Below are positions 32,803 to 41,553 of a stretch of 62,701 nucleotides of DNA, piece by piece. The notes under the pieces were generated by a model. The model had not been told where the DNA came from, did no database searches, and worked only from the letters and a program-made list of their open reading frames with translations. The stretch is from Anaerolineae bacterium (GTDB taxonomy: Bacteria > Chloroflexota > Anaerolineae > B4-G1). The stretch spans positions 1 through 62,701 of the forward strand of contig JAWLCP010000006.1 of assembly GCA_041687115.1 (NCBI GenBank). Direction: 5' to 3'. The number at the start of each line of letters is the position of its first letter. Position 1 is the stretch's first letter. A program made the position numbers and the translations under genes.

Positions 32803-32905
32803 CTCATGTCCTCCTTCTGTTGTACAGGCCTAGTTTCCACTCCCGCAATGATACCTCATTCTGTCGGAGGTGTCTTCGACTTTTGTCAAACGCGGCCGGG
32901 GTTGC

Positions 32906-33595
32906 TCACTCGATCATAGCCTTCGCCCTCAATCCCTTCCGGTCCAGGATTCGGATCTGATGCCGCTCTACCTCGATGAGCCCCTCGTCCACCAGGCGGT
33001 GCAGCGCTCGATTGAGTACCTCCAGGACGGTGCCGAGCCGTGCGGCCATTTCCGCCTGCGTCGCCCAGCGTCTGCGGTTCAGCGCTGCCTCGTCTGCCCT
33101 CTCAAGCAGGAGCCGCGCCAGCCGAGCCTCTACCGTCCTCAACGAGAGGTCCTCTACCAGGGACGCCAGATGGAGCACCCTTCGGGCCAGGTCCTCGACG
33201 ACGCTGCGAACCAGGCGGGGATGGCCGTCGAGCAATTGGAGCATGGTGTCCTCATGGATGAGCCAGACCGACCCTCGTTCCAGGGCCACGACGGTCGCCG
33301 GATTAGAGGTTCCGGCAAAGACTCCGACCTCGTTGAATACCTCCCCTGGCCCCACGAAGCGAAGGGCTTGCTCACGGCCCTCCGGTGAGATCCGGACGGC
33401 TTTGAACCACCCTTTCTCGACGACGTAGAGCCCGGAGCACGGCTCTCCTCTCAGGGACACCACCTCGTCCTTCTTGTACTCTCGCCGCACGGCAGCTTGA
33501 GCGACGGCTTCCAGGCTGGTCGCGTCGAGACCAGAGAAATAGGGTACTGACGGGAGCGCATTGCGCGCCTGTCCGGTGACATCTGCATTGGACAC
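32906..33595 (-). CDS. Crp/Fnr-family transcriptional regulator (HcpR-like by context)
   Basis: GTG 33595 lies 6 nt after AGGAGG, which gives a 229-aa protein. cNMP-binding fold (GEPCSGLYVVEKGWFKAVRISPEGREQALRFVGPGEVFNE). C-terminal HTH ATQAEMAARLGTVLEVLNRALHRLVDEGLI. Confidence 0.85.
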   Translation of the reverse strand: MSNADVTGQARNALPSVPYFSGLDATSLEAVAQAAVRREYKKDEVVSLRGEPCSGLYVVEKGWFKAVRISPEGREQALRFVGPGEVFNEVGVFAGTSNPATVVALERGSVWLIHEDTMLQLLDGHPRLVRSVVEDLARRVLHLASLVEDLSLRTVEARLARLLLERADEAALNRRRWATQAEMAARLGTVLEVLNRALHRLVDEGLIEVERHQIRILDRKGLRAKAMIE

Positions 33596-33660
33596 TGCGG
33601 ACCTCCTGATGTTTCGAGTCAGTCTTGAGTCCTGTTCCAATACGCTCGAGGATGGCCCCA

Positions 33661-33688
33661 ATAGTATCACATTTCGCCATATCCTCAA
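33661..33688 (-). promoter_or_regulatory. candidate promoter of the Crp/Fnr regulator gene
   Basis: On the minus strand: TTGAGG (33683-33688), 16-nt spacer, TACTAT (33661-33666). A TGTGA half-site abuts the -10 element. Confidence 0.4.
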
Positions 33689-33960
33689 CGGGCTCGAGCC
33701 CAGATCAGCGGGTGGGGGTCATCGGGCGGGGGAGCAGGCAATGGATCCCAGGTGCCATGGTGGGAGGCAGATGTTCCGGACGACCGTCGTGAGCGACGTC
33801 GGCATGGGCCTATACCAAATCGGCCGGTTTGCGAGAGGGCTCTTCGTGCCGCTCGCGGAAGAGGGGACGACTCGTCGTGGTGTTTGCGGTCGCCTGCCGG
33901 GCGGGCTCTCAAAGGAGTGCGCGGCGCCTCTGTCCTCCGCGGCACCACGCGTGGGAAGTC

Positions 33961-35220
33961 TCAAGCTGGGTCGGTTGACCACTCGCGCTTGGGTTTTCTT
34001 CTTCGCCGTTGTCCTGGGCACAGCGAGGGCCGCTGGTTGCACCACCAGTGCCGAGCCCGCATCCACACGCCTCCCGCGCGCCGCCTCAGGGAATCCGCAT
34101 CCAGCCCTGCCTGCAGCCGCAGCCAGGCGGCGGCCATGGTGACGGAAGAAATCCCGACCAGGGCCAGTGCGGGTAACCAGATCAGGCTCAAACCAGCACC
34201 CCGGAGCATCACCCCCCGCAAGATCATCAGGTAGTGCTGGACCGACGATACGTACGAGACCGTCCGCATGAACCCGGGCATAGCGCTGGCCGGGACGAGG
34301 AGTCCTGAGAACGCCACCTCCAACATCGCCAGCGCGAAGACGAGGAGCATGGCCTGCTGCTGTGTGCGGGACACGAGGGAGATGAGTGTGCCCCAGCCGA
34401 TCTGTGCCAGCAGGAAGGGGATGGTGAGGACGCAGAGGAGGGGCAGCGACCCTCGGAGGGGGATGTCGAACCAGACAATCGCGAGGCCCAACATCATCAG
34501 GAAATCCACCAGCCCGATCAGCAGGGTGGGGATGGCCTTGCCCACCATCAGATCGATCCGTCTCAGCGGAGTGACGCGGAGTTGCTCCATGGTGCCCAAC
34601 TCCCGCTCACGCGCGAAGCTCTGGGCAGCCACCACCAAAGCGACCTCGAAAACAATCATAGCTAGCATCAGAGTGATCGCGTGAGGCTGATCCCTTAGAG
34701 CGGCGTTGAATCGCGCCATGAAGCGAAGGTCCACCGGCCCGCCCGTCATTTTGGGTCCCACAGCGGAGATATTTCTGCTGATCTCGGCGGCGACGTCCTC
34801 TGCTGTGGCCAGGGCGACCGTGGAGACGACGTAGTTCGAGCCATCGGCGATGACCTGGACGCTGGCGCTCTGCCCGGGATCGGTCAGGGCCGCGCTGTAG
34901 CCTGGGGGGATTACGGCGATGACGGCCATTTGCCCGTTCTGCATCCAGCCTCGGGCCTCTTCCAGGTTCGCTGCCTGGGCTGTCAGGAGGAGCTCATCGG
35001 TCCGCCCAAGTCTGGCGGCCAGGTCACGGCTGGCTCGACTTCGATCATGATCCACTATCGCCAAGGGAAGGTTGTGCACGCCACCACCGCTGAGACCGCC
35101 CATAAGGAGCAGCTCCAGAAGCGGTGCCAGGATGAGGAAGACGAGCAACAGCCTGTCCCGGGCAAGCTGAAGGAGTTCCTTGACCGCCAGCCCCCAGATG
35201 CGACCCAGGTCAGTTCTCAT
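33961..35220 (-). CDS. ABC-2 type transporter permease (YbhR/YhhJ-like)
   Basis: N-terminal TM helix, a large extracytoplasmic loop, then 5 C-terminal TM helices. KELLQLARDRLLLVFLILAPLL is a typical ABC2_membrane_3 start. Confidence 0.8.
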   Translation of the reverse strand: MRTDLGRIWGLAVKELLQLARDRLLLVFLILAPLLELLLMGGLSGGGVHNLPLAIVDHDRSRASRDLAARLGRTDELLLTAQAANLEEARGWMQNGQMAVIAVIPPGYSAALTDPGQSASVQVIADGSNYVVSTVALATAEDVAAEISRNISAVGPKMTGGPVDLRFMARFNAALRDQPHAITLMLAMIVFEVALVVAAQSFARERELGTMEQLRVTPLRRIDLMVGKAIPTLLIGLVDFLMMLGLAIVWFDIPLRGSLPLLCVLTIPFLLAQIGWGTLISLVSRTQQQAMLLVFALAMLEVAFSGLLVPASAMPGFMRTVSYVSSVQHYLMILRGVMLRGAGLSLIWLPALALVGISSVTMAAAWLRLQAGLDADSLRRRAGGVWMRARHWWCNQRPSLCPGQRRRRKPKREWSTDPA

Positions 35221-35295
35221 GTGGGTCGATGTCTCCCCGCTGGCGAGTTGATGATGTCGGGACCGGTGCTGTCATCAGTCGCCTTCCATATGCGG

Positions 35296-36408
35296 TCACG
35301 CAATACGTTTCTTGAACGTCAGCGCGCCCAGCGCCATCCACACTGCAGAGAGCCCCAACAGCATCAGGGAAGGACGCCAGAGTTCTGCCAGCGAGGCCCC
35401 TTTCAGGAAGAGGCCCCGGCATATGGTGACGAAATGGGTGCTGGGCATGACGTAGGAGACGATAATGCTGGCTACATCGGTCACGTCGATGGGATCGGTC
35501 AAGCCGGATAGAAAGAAGGCCGGCACAAAGAAGATGAACAGCGAGAGCACGGTAGCAGCCTGCTGGCTATGCACCAGGTTGCCGACGACGGTGGCCAGAC
35601 CCACGCTAGCCAGCAGGAAGTCCGCGGTCAGGACGACGAGGAGGAGCGGGCTCCCACGAAAGGGAACCCCAAACAGCAATGAGGCCGTCAGCCATACCGG
35701 TAGAAGACCCGTGAGTGAGGCGGTGACGTAGGCGAAGAGCTTCCCTCCCAAGTACTCCAGGCCCCGCACGGGAGAGGCCACCAGTGTCTCGAGTGTGCCC
35801 TTCTCCCGTTCCCGCGCCAGCGCTAGCGCCGCGGCGATCACCGGCAACGAGAACACGATGGGGATCAGGCCGGATACCATACTGTCTCGATCAGCCGTCG
35901 TGGGGAGGTAGGCTGACTGCGGCCTGATCTCCACTGGTGAGGCTGCCGCGACAGTTTGCTCGCTCAATCGCGCGCCAAAGGCAGCCGCGCTTGCCCTGAG
36001 GCTGCCAGTCGCATTTCCGGCCACGACTGTATCCACGCCGTCCAGAATCACCTGGACGGAGGCAGTGTTCCCATCTTGGACTGTGTCCGCGAAGCCCGGC
36101 GGGATGATTACCGCGGCGTGGATGCGCTGGCTCATCAGTCGCGACTCGATCTCCTTATCGTCGGAGACGTACGAGATGATGAAGTCAGGATCGCTGCTCA
36201 GGGTGCCAATAAACCGGCGTGAGACCACGGTCAAGTCTTGGTCCCAGATGCCCAGGTTGATGCGCGTGCTGCCGCTAGTGAAGACTAACGATAGGGCGAT
36301 AAGAACAAAGGCCGGAGAGAGGAACACCATCCAGAGGGTGCGGGGCTCGCGGATGATGTGTCGGTACTCTTTGGCGAGTATGCTTGTTAAGCGCTTGATA
36401 GACATCAA
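35296..36408 (-). CDS. ABC-2 type transporter permease (YbhS/YhhJ-like), paralog of the downstream gene
   Basis: Same architecture. AKEYRHIIREPRTLWMVFLSPAF. No ATPase gene is adjacent. Confidence 0.8.
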   Translation of the reverse strand: MMSIKRLTSILAKEYRHIIREPRTLWMVFLSPAFVLIALSLVFTSGSTRINLGIWDQDLTVVSRRFIGTLSSDPDFIISYVSDDKEIESRLMSQRIHAAVIIPPGFADTVQDGNTASVQVILDGVDTVVAGNATGSLRASAAAFGARLSEQTVAAASPVEIRPQSAYLPTTADRDSMVSGLIPIVFSLPVIAAALALAREREKGTLETLVASPVRGLEYLGGKLFAYVTASLTGLLPVWLTASLLFGVPFRGSPLLLVVLTADFLLASVGLATVVGNLVHSQQAATVLSLFIFFVPAFFLSGLTDPIDVTDVASIIVSYVMPSTHFVTICRGLFLKGASLAELWRPSLMLLGLSAVWMALGALTFKKRIA

Positions 36409-36439
36409 GCGCGCATTATAACGCGAAGGTCACAGGTCG

Positions 36440-37117
36440 TCAATGGCGCACCAAGATGCTCGCTTCATCGCTCCCTATGACGTGTGCCTCAAGCTGCCCG
36501 CGCGAGAGCTCTGCTAAGCCATCTTGAAACCCGGCGAGGCGATCCTGCGGCAGGCGAACCGTGAGAGTGACGTGGCCGGCGAAGGCCTCATCGGTCACTT
36601 CTCCTTCACTTGCCCGCACCAGGCGGCGGACCGGTTCGAAGAGCCTGTAGGGCACTTCGATGAGGAGGGTGTGGGTGCGTACCTTCACGGCACGCGGGAG
36701 CACGGACAGGACCTCCCGCACGGCATCCCCGTACGCGCGCACCAGCCCTCCCGTTCCGAGCTTGGTGCCGCCGAAGTAACGAGTCACCACCACGACGACG
36801 TCGCCTAGGCCGCTGCCCTGCAGTACGGCCAGAGCCGGGGGGCCAGCCGTCCCTGAAGGCTCGCCAGCGTCGCTGCAATGGGCAACTGTCGAAGCGCCGT
36901 GGCCGATCACATACGCGGGAACGTTGTGCGTTGCGTCGTCGAACTCGCGCTCAATCCGGTCGATGAATTGCCGTGCTTCCTCCACGCTGAAGGCTGGCGC
37001 CGCGGTGGCGATGAAATGTGAGTTGAGCACACGGAGCTCGACTCGCGCCTCTTCAGCGGGAACTAGCTGCTGTTCCCTGGCAGGCTCCCTGTTCGTCTCC
37101 GGCTCCAAATGCACCAT
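36440..37117 (-). CDS. yigZ: IMPACT/YigZ family protein (UPF0029)
   Basis: SHFIATAAPAFSVEEARQFIDRIEREFDDATHNVPAYVIG...DAGEPSGTAGPPALAVLQGSGLGDVVVVVTRYFGGTKLGTGGLVRAYG. I chose ATG 37117 because the longer ORF (to 37291) would run into rnpB. Confidence 0.85.
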   Translation of the reverse strand: MVHLEPETNREPAREQQLVPAEEARVELRVLNSHFIATAAPAFSVEEARQFIDRIEREFDDATHNVPAYVIGHGASTVAHCSDAGEPSGTAGPPALAVLQGSGLGDVVVVVTRYFGGTKLGTGGLVRAYGDAVREVLSVLPRAVKVRTHTLLIEVPYRLFEPVRRLVRASEGEVTDEAFAGHVTLTVRLPQDRLAGFQDGLAELSRGQLEAHVIGSDEASILVRH

Positions 37118-37239
37118 CTGTTGATGAGGTGACGGATTTCGACTATCAAGGTATTCAGGCTTCGAGAAAGCGGTGGTACTGCACCCCGCCTGTGGCAAGA
37201 GAGGCAATGAGGCTGTCGGATGCGTGTTTGAAGAACGGA

Positions 37240-37685
37240 GCTGGCCCAAGTCAGCCGATAAGCCGGGTTCTGTTCCCCGTACCGTTTCCACGGTGCAGGG
37301 CGGCGATCATCTATCTGGGGTGATGATTACCCATCACCTCTAGCAGCCTACCCGGGGCTCGAGCGGAACGGGTCATCCCGCGCCCTCGATACCAGATCGA
37401 GGGACTCGCCCTCATTGCTTGGCCTTGCTCCGAGTGGGGGTTGCCTGGCCGCCCGTGTCACCACGGGCGCCGGTGGTCTCTTACACCACCTTTTCACCAT
37501 CACCGCGGCGCCTCATTCCCGGACAATTCGTCGGCAAGAGATCGCCGCGGCTGTCTGCTTTTCTGTGGCCCTTTTCCGTCAGGTCACCCCGACCTGGGAT
37601 TACCCAGCACCACACCCTATGGAGCCCGGACTTTCCTCGCCCCGTTTCTGGGACGCGATCGCCTGGCCGACTTGGGCACTTGGGA
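37240..37685 (-). ncRNA. rnpB: RNase P RNA, bacterial type A
   Basis: On the minus strand: GAGGAAAGTCCGGGCTCC (rc of 37621-37638) and ACAGAACCCGGCTTAT (rc of 37258-37273). The P1 helix pairs GCCCAAGTCGGCC (rc of 37665-37677) with GGCTGACTTGGGC (rc of 37245-37257). Also GGTAATC...CCCAGATAGATGATCGCC. The ends are approximate. Confidence 0.92.
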
Positions 37686-37687
37686 TT

Positions 37688-37715
37688 ATGATAACACGTT
37701 ACCCGTCGCTGTCAA
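37688..37715 (-). promoter_or_regulatory. sigma-70-like promoter of rnpB
   Basis: On the minus strand: TTGACA (37710-37715), 16-nt spacer ending in TGT, TATCAT (37688-37693). Confidence 0.6.
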
Positions 37716-37818
37716 GGAGACCTGAACCGGAGTTCAGGGAAAGCCACCTGAAGGCACCATTAGTCCGAACGCCTGAGGTGGGTTGCATACCCGCACGCTT
37801 GTGGTAGACTGACTCACG

Positions 37819-39756
37819 ATGAGATCTCGCTCTTGTTTCCTACTTCATCCCGTCGTCGTTTCGGCGGTCGTGGCCCTTCTCGTCGTCGGTGTCTTGTATG
37901 TGGATACCCTTGCGCTTCCCCTGTTCTCCGACGATCTGGTTCAGATTCCGTGGTTGGAGTCGATTTCCTGGCGTCAGCTCTGGACGAGCCCTAGCCCGTA
38001 CGGCTACTACCGTCCGCTCTGGTATTCGATCTGGCGCGTATGGGGCGGCCTTGTGGGAGGGCTGCATCCACCCGGTCTGCACCTTCTCAACCTGATCGCT
38101 CACGGAGTGGCCACGTCGCTCACCGGCCTTCTGATCGCCGGCTGGTTGCCGGGTTCCGTCACCCGCGAGGAGCGGGCTGTCGCTGCGGCGCTGGCGGCGG
38201 CATTCTTTGCCGTGTTCCCTTTTTCACGCCAGGCCGTGGCGTGGCCTGGGGCCGTCTACAATCCCCTGGTCAGCGCGATGGCCACCGCGGCAGTGCTTGC
38301 CTACGATCGGGGCCGGGCCGGAGGGAGCGGGCTGTGGATTGGCATCGCGCTTCTGATGGGCGCCGTCGCGCCGTTCACGTACGAGAGCGGGATCGTGGTC
38401 GCCCCGCTGCTGGTCGGAGTGGAGGTGATCGGATGGTCGCGCGGTCGGTGGCGGAACGGCTCGTGGTGGGCCATGGCGTTCATCGCCCTCTTCGTCCTCA
38501 CCTCGTTGCTCTGGAGATCGATGCGGGGGGTGGGGGTCGTCGCCTCCGGTCTGACCCCGATCGACCTCTGGCATAACACGGCCTACCTGATTCAGGGGCT
38601 GATCTATCCCGTCGCCCCGTTGGTGCAGTGGTTCGCAGGGTGGGTGGGTCTGGACCCGGTCCTTGCTCTCTGGCTCGGTGCACTGCCAACCGCGGCGCTC
38701 TTGGGTTGGTGGGCGGTGCGGCACAGCGTGGATGTGCTGTTGCTGGGCGCCGCGTGGTTCGTGGTGTTTGCCTTGCCGCCGCTGGTCTCCATGAAGGCCG
38801 ACTGGTTTGCCCTGGCTCCACGCTTCCTCTACATGACGGCGGCCGGTGTCTCCCTGATCTGGGCGGGGGCCCTGGGCCCGTGGATCGCTCGGGGAGTAGG
38901 CGTGCGCCGGGTCGCCGTGGCCGCCCTTGTGCTCGCAGCGCTCCTGATCCCGGCGGCGTGCTTCGTGCGCCAGGGGATAAGGCTCTACCACATGGCGGGG
39001 GAGAGTATCTGGGATGCAGCTCGCGTCGCGGCTGCGGGCGGGCGTGTGTTGCTGGTCAATCTGCCGCGGCGCATCACCCCGGTTGGACGTGTCTACCCGC
39101 TTGGTTTTGAGGGCGTGACGCCGTTGCCTATGCGGGTCACGGCAGATGGGCTCGTGTACGTGCACACCGGGGTTCGAAATGCGGCGAATGCGGTGGCCTT
39201 CGGGGTCGTCGCCACGGAGGATCCCGAAGGCTACTCCTACGAGCTCTTCGGGCGACCCGCGGGGTGGCAGGATATGGCAGATGCCGTGCGCGATGGGGGC
39301 ATCGTGTATCTCACGCGCTATGAGTCAGAGCGCATCCGTCTGGTTGAGGCTGGAAACGTGGAGCGGACCCCGATCAACGCCGGCTCATCTGTCCAGTTCG
39401 GCAATCGTGTCGACCTGCTTGATACGTCGTGCTCGTGCGACCAGGCGGGTCGCGTCCGTCTCACAGCCTGGTGGCGGGCTCCGTCCGGGGTCGAACCCGA
39501 CGTGAGCGTCTTCGCCCACCTGCTGAGTTCTGAGGAGACGCTGGTCGCTCAGGCCGACGGTCGGCCGTTGTTGGGGATGTTTCCCTTCTGGATGTGGAGC
39601 CCCGGCGAGGTTGTGCGTGACGTCCGGCAGTTTGCCCCTGTTGAGAGCGGCACGTACCGGATCCGGCTGGGGATATGGGAACCGGCAAAGGGAGAGCGGT
39701 GGCAGGCCACCAACGGGCTTGGTGACGCGGCGTCGTTCTCTGTTCGGTGCCCTTGA
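37819..39756 (+). CDS. polytopic membrane protein with C-terminal soluble domain (possible GT-C-type glycosyltransferase)
   Basis: 645 aa with more than 10 predicted TM helices. An acidic DD pair sits in the first loop (LPLFSDDLVQIPW), and about 200 C-terminal residues are soluble. The family assignment is inference only. Confidence 0.6.
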   Translation: MRSRSCFLLHPVVVSAVVALLVVGVLYVDTLALPLFSDDLVQIPWLESISWRQLWTSPSPYGYYRPLWYSIWRVWGGLVGGLHPPGLHLLNLIAHGVATSLTGLLIAGWLPGSVTREERAVAAALAAAFFAVFPFSRQAVAWPGAVYNPLVSAMATAAVLAYDRGRAGGSGLWIGIALLMGAVAPFTYESGIVVAPLLVGVEVIGWSRGRWRNGSWWAMAFIALFVLTSLLWRSMRGVGVVASGLTPIDLWHNTAYLIQGLIYPVAPLVQWFAGWVGLDPVLALWLGALPTAALLGWWAVRHSVDVLLLGAAWFVVFALPPLVSMKADWFALAPRFLYMTAAGVSLIWAGALGPWIARGVGVRRVAVAALVLAALLIPAACFVRQGIRLYHMAGESIWDAARVAAAGGRVLLVNLPRRITPVGRVYPLGFEGVTPLPMRVTADGLVYVHTGVRNAANAVAFGVVATEDPEGYSYELFGRPAGWQDMADAVRDGGIVYLTRYESERIRLVEAGNVERTPINAGSSVQFGNRVDLLDTSCSCDQAGRVRLTAWWRAPSGVEPDVSVFAHLLSSEETLVAQADGRPLLGMFPFWMWSPGEVVRDVRQFAPVESGTYRIRLGIWEPAKGERWQATNGLGDAASFSVRCP

Positions 39757-39816
39757 GCAGCCGCGCGGAGACGGTCAGGGTCCTGTAGCTGACAGCGAGT
39801 CGTGGCTGGCGGCGCG

Positions 39817-40410
39817 CTAGGGCCGAAATAGGAGAATCCCCACCCCCATCTTCTCCAGCGCTTCCTCCGCGTAGTTGGTCACCACGGCGCTCCGATCGTC
39901 GAGGGCTTCGTATAGCACAGAAATGGCCTCGTAGGGCTGGATGGTGCTCAGAGCGCGAGCAGCTCCTGCCCGGGTGGCGGTGTCCCCCTCCTTCAGGGCC
40001 TGGATCAGGGCCTCGACGGCTGGCCGGCCGAACTGGGATAGCGCATCGGCGGCCAATCGACTCACATAGGCTGAGGGATCCGAGAGGTGCGCCACGAGGG
40101 GTTGGATTGCTTCCGGCGGCTTCAGCTTCGACAGCGCCACTGCCGCGCAGGCTCGCACGTCAGGGTCAGGGTCCTCGAGGGCGGTGAGGATCAATTCGAT
40201 GGCGCGATCAGTGCCCACGACGGTCAGTGCCCGTGGAGCCCACCATCGGCGGTGAGGATCGCGATCCTCCAGGATGCGGCGCAGCGCAGGTAATGCTTCG
40301 TCACCGACCGCCGTCAGCGCAGCGGCAGCCTGCTCCGCCCGGGCGTCGTCTCCAGCGTCCAGGGCATCCATGAGTGTCTGAAGGGGGTTAGGCATCGACC
40401 AGTTCCTCAC
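39817..40410 (-). CDS. HEAT-repeat (PBS-lyase-like) protein
   Basis: Repeated DP.VR..AA.AL motifs (DRDPHRRWWAPRAL, DPDPDVRACAAVALSKL, DPSAYVSRLAADALSQ, GDTATRAGAARALSTI). The start is ATG 40410 or ATG 40395, and both overlap the upstream gene's end. Confidence 0.8.
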   Translation of the reverse strand: MRNWSMPNPLQTLMDALDAGDDARAEQAAAALTAVGDEALPALRRILEDRDPHRRWWAPRALTVVGTDRAIELILTALEDPDPDVRACAAVALSKLKPPEAIQPLVAHLSDPSAYVSRLAADALSQFGRPAVEALIQALKEGDTATRAGAARALSTIQPYEAISVLYEALDDRSAVVTNYAEEALEKMGVGILLFRP

Positions 40411-40828
40411 AGACGGGACGGCCTATGGCAGCGGCGAAGTGCGACCTGTCCGGCGCCGTCGGGAAGTGAACGAGGTGCGTTGGGCACCGGCAATCGGAAG
40501 CGCCGAGACCGTAGGCGGGGATCGAGGCGTCTGGGATTTCGCATAGTGCCTCAGCCCACACACACTCCTGTCTCCGCCGTCCGACAGTGTACCAGACAGC
40601 GACCGCGTCGGCCTGGGCGCGCACGTAATCGATGTGCCAGTGGAGGCTCTTCGATCCGCGGCGATGGCGACCCACTCGGGCTGCTAGTCCGCCTGGCCCC
40701 AGTGCGCTTCCGGCGTAAGCATACCAACCGGCAGAAAACTGGAATCGGCCCAGTTGCCCGACATCGACAGTCGCAGGATGGGGCAACCGCATAAGGAGCA
40801 CGTAGGTTCCGGGTTTCTCAGGAATCAT
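40388..40828 (-). CDS. DUF123 (GIY-YIG/Uri superfamily) protein
   Basis: PGTYVLLMRL...GWYAYAGSALGPGGLAARVGRHRRGSKSLHWHIDYV. The GxYxYxGSA ... RxxRH ... HWHIDY pattern is characteristic of DUF123. Confidence 0.75.
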   Translation of the reverse strand: MIPEKPGTYVLLMRLPHPATVDVGQLGRFQFSAGWYAYAGSALGPGGLAARVGRHRRGSKSLHWHIDYVRAQADAVAVWYTVGRRRQECVWAEALCEIPDASIPAYGLGASDCRCPTHLVHFPTAPDRSHFAAAIGRPVCEELVDA

Positions 40829-41048
40829 ACGTGGTTCGCTGCCAGATCAGGCCAGCCAGCCAGGCCACGGCGCACCCTGCCAAGAGCAATGCTGCTCCCA
40901 CCACGTCGAGGGAGCGAATCACGTACGTCCCGTCGATCCGGTAGATCTCTGGCCCTTCGTGCTCCTCTGGGACGATCAGAGCCGCCAGTCCGGCCAACAG
41001 CAGGAGCACCGCCAGTGCTGCCAGGGCGATCACGCGCCACTTGTGCAT
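40818..41048 (-). CDS. small two-TM membrane protein
   Basis: 76 aa with two hydrophobic helices (VIALAALAVLLLLAGLAALIV and VVGAALLLAGCAVAWLAGLIW). Overlaps the DUF123 start by 11 nt. Confidence 0.55.
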   Translation of the reverse strand: MHKWRVIALAALAVLLLLAGLAALIVPEEHEGPEIYRIDGTYVIRSLDVVGAALLLAGCAVAWLAGLIWQRTTYDS

Positions 41049-41052
41049 GGCG

Positions 41053-41298
41053 CTATTCGGGCGGCGGTGGTACGGGCAGGTCGTCGACGTCCGTCTCCAT
41101 CCACTTCTCGCCCTCCTCGATGAGCATCACCGGGATATCGTCGCGGATGGGGTACTTACGGCCACAATCTGGCTCCTGACACACCAGCCAGGTGTCGTGG
41201 ACTAACTCTAGCTGACCGGGGTCGTCGCCTGGCTTGCGGGTTTCGCCACTGACGCAGTAGGGACAGCGCAGGATCTCCAGCAGGTCATCGCTTACCAT
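41053..41298 (-). CDS. Trm112/YcaR-like zinc-ribbon protein (UPF0434)
   Basis: Internal ATG 41298. LLEILRCPYC...LVCQEPDCGRKYPIRDDIPVMLIEE is the Trm112p-like signature. Confidence 0.75.
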   Translation of the reverse strand: MVSDDLLEILRCPYCVSGETRKPGDDPGQLELVHDTWLVCQEPDCGRKYPIRDDIPVMLIEEGEKWMETDVDDLPVPPPPE

Positions 41299-41373
41299 TG
41301 TGTTGATCTCCTTCGGTCGCCTTATACGATGAGTCTTCAGTCCGTCTGCTATTGACTGCAACTCGGTGGCGGT

Positions 41374-41402
41374 ACTATAGCACAACCGATTGGCTGCGTC
41401 AA
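41374..41402 (-). promoter_or_regulatory. sigma-70-like promoter of the Trm112-2TM-DUF123-HEAT operon
   Basis: On the minus strand: TTGACG (41397-41402), 17-nt spacer, TATAGT (41374-41379). Confidence 0.55.
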
Positions 41403-41456
41403 TCGGGGTGTGTGTCGCGGAGTTATGTGGGCGGCCGACATCCCCCGGCGGAGCGC

Positions 41457-41485
41457 TGGACAAATCACTTGATATCGTGTATCAT
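41457..41485 (+). promoter_or_regulatory. sigma-70-like promoter of mreB
   Basis: TGGACA (41457-41462), 17-nt spacer, TATCAT (41480-41485). Confidence 0.5.
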
Positions 41486-41553
41486 CTTCACCGTTGAGGT
41501 AGACGTCAAGGCTGCCCGCAGGTAGGGCAGAGTGGATCAGCTAGGAAGGCGGT

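Noticed and set aside
37118-37291. N-terminal extension of the yigZ ORF
   Set aside because: It would overlap the 3' end of rnpB. The IMPACT-domain homology begins after ATG 37117.
37415-37807. Three overlapping plus-strand ORFs (130, 90 and 94 aa)
   Set aside because: They lie opposite the RNase P RNA gene and its promoter.
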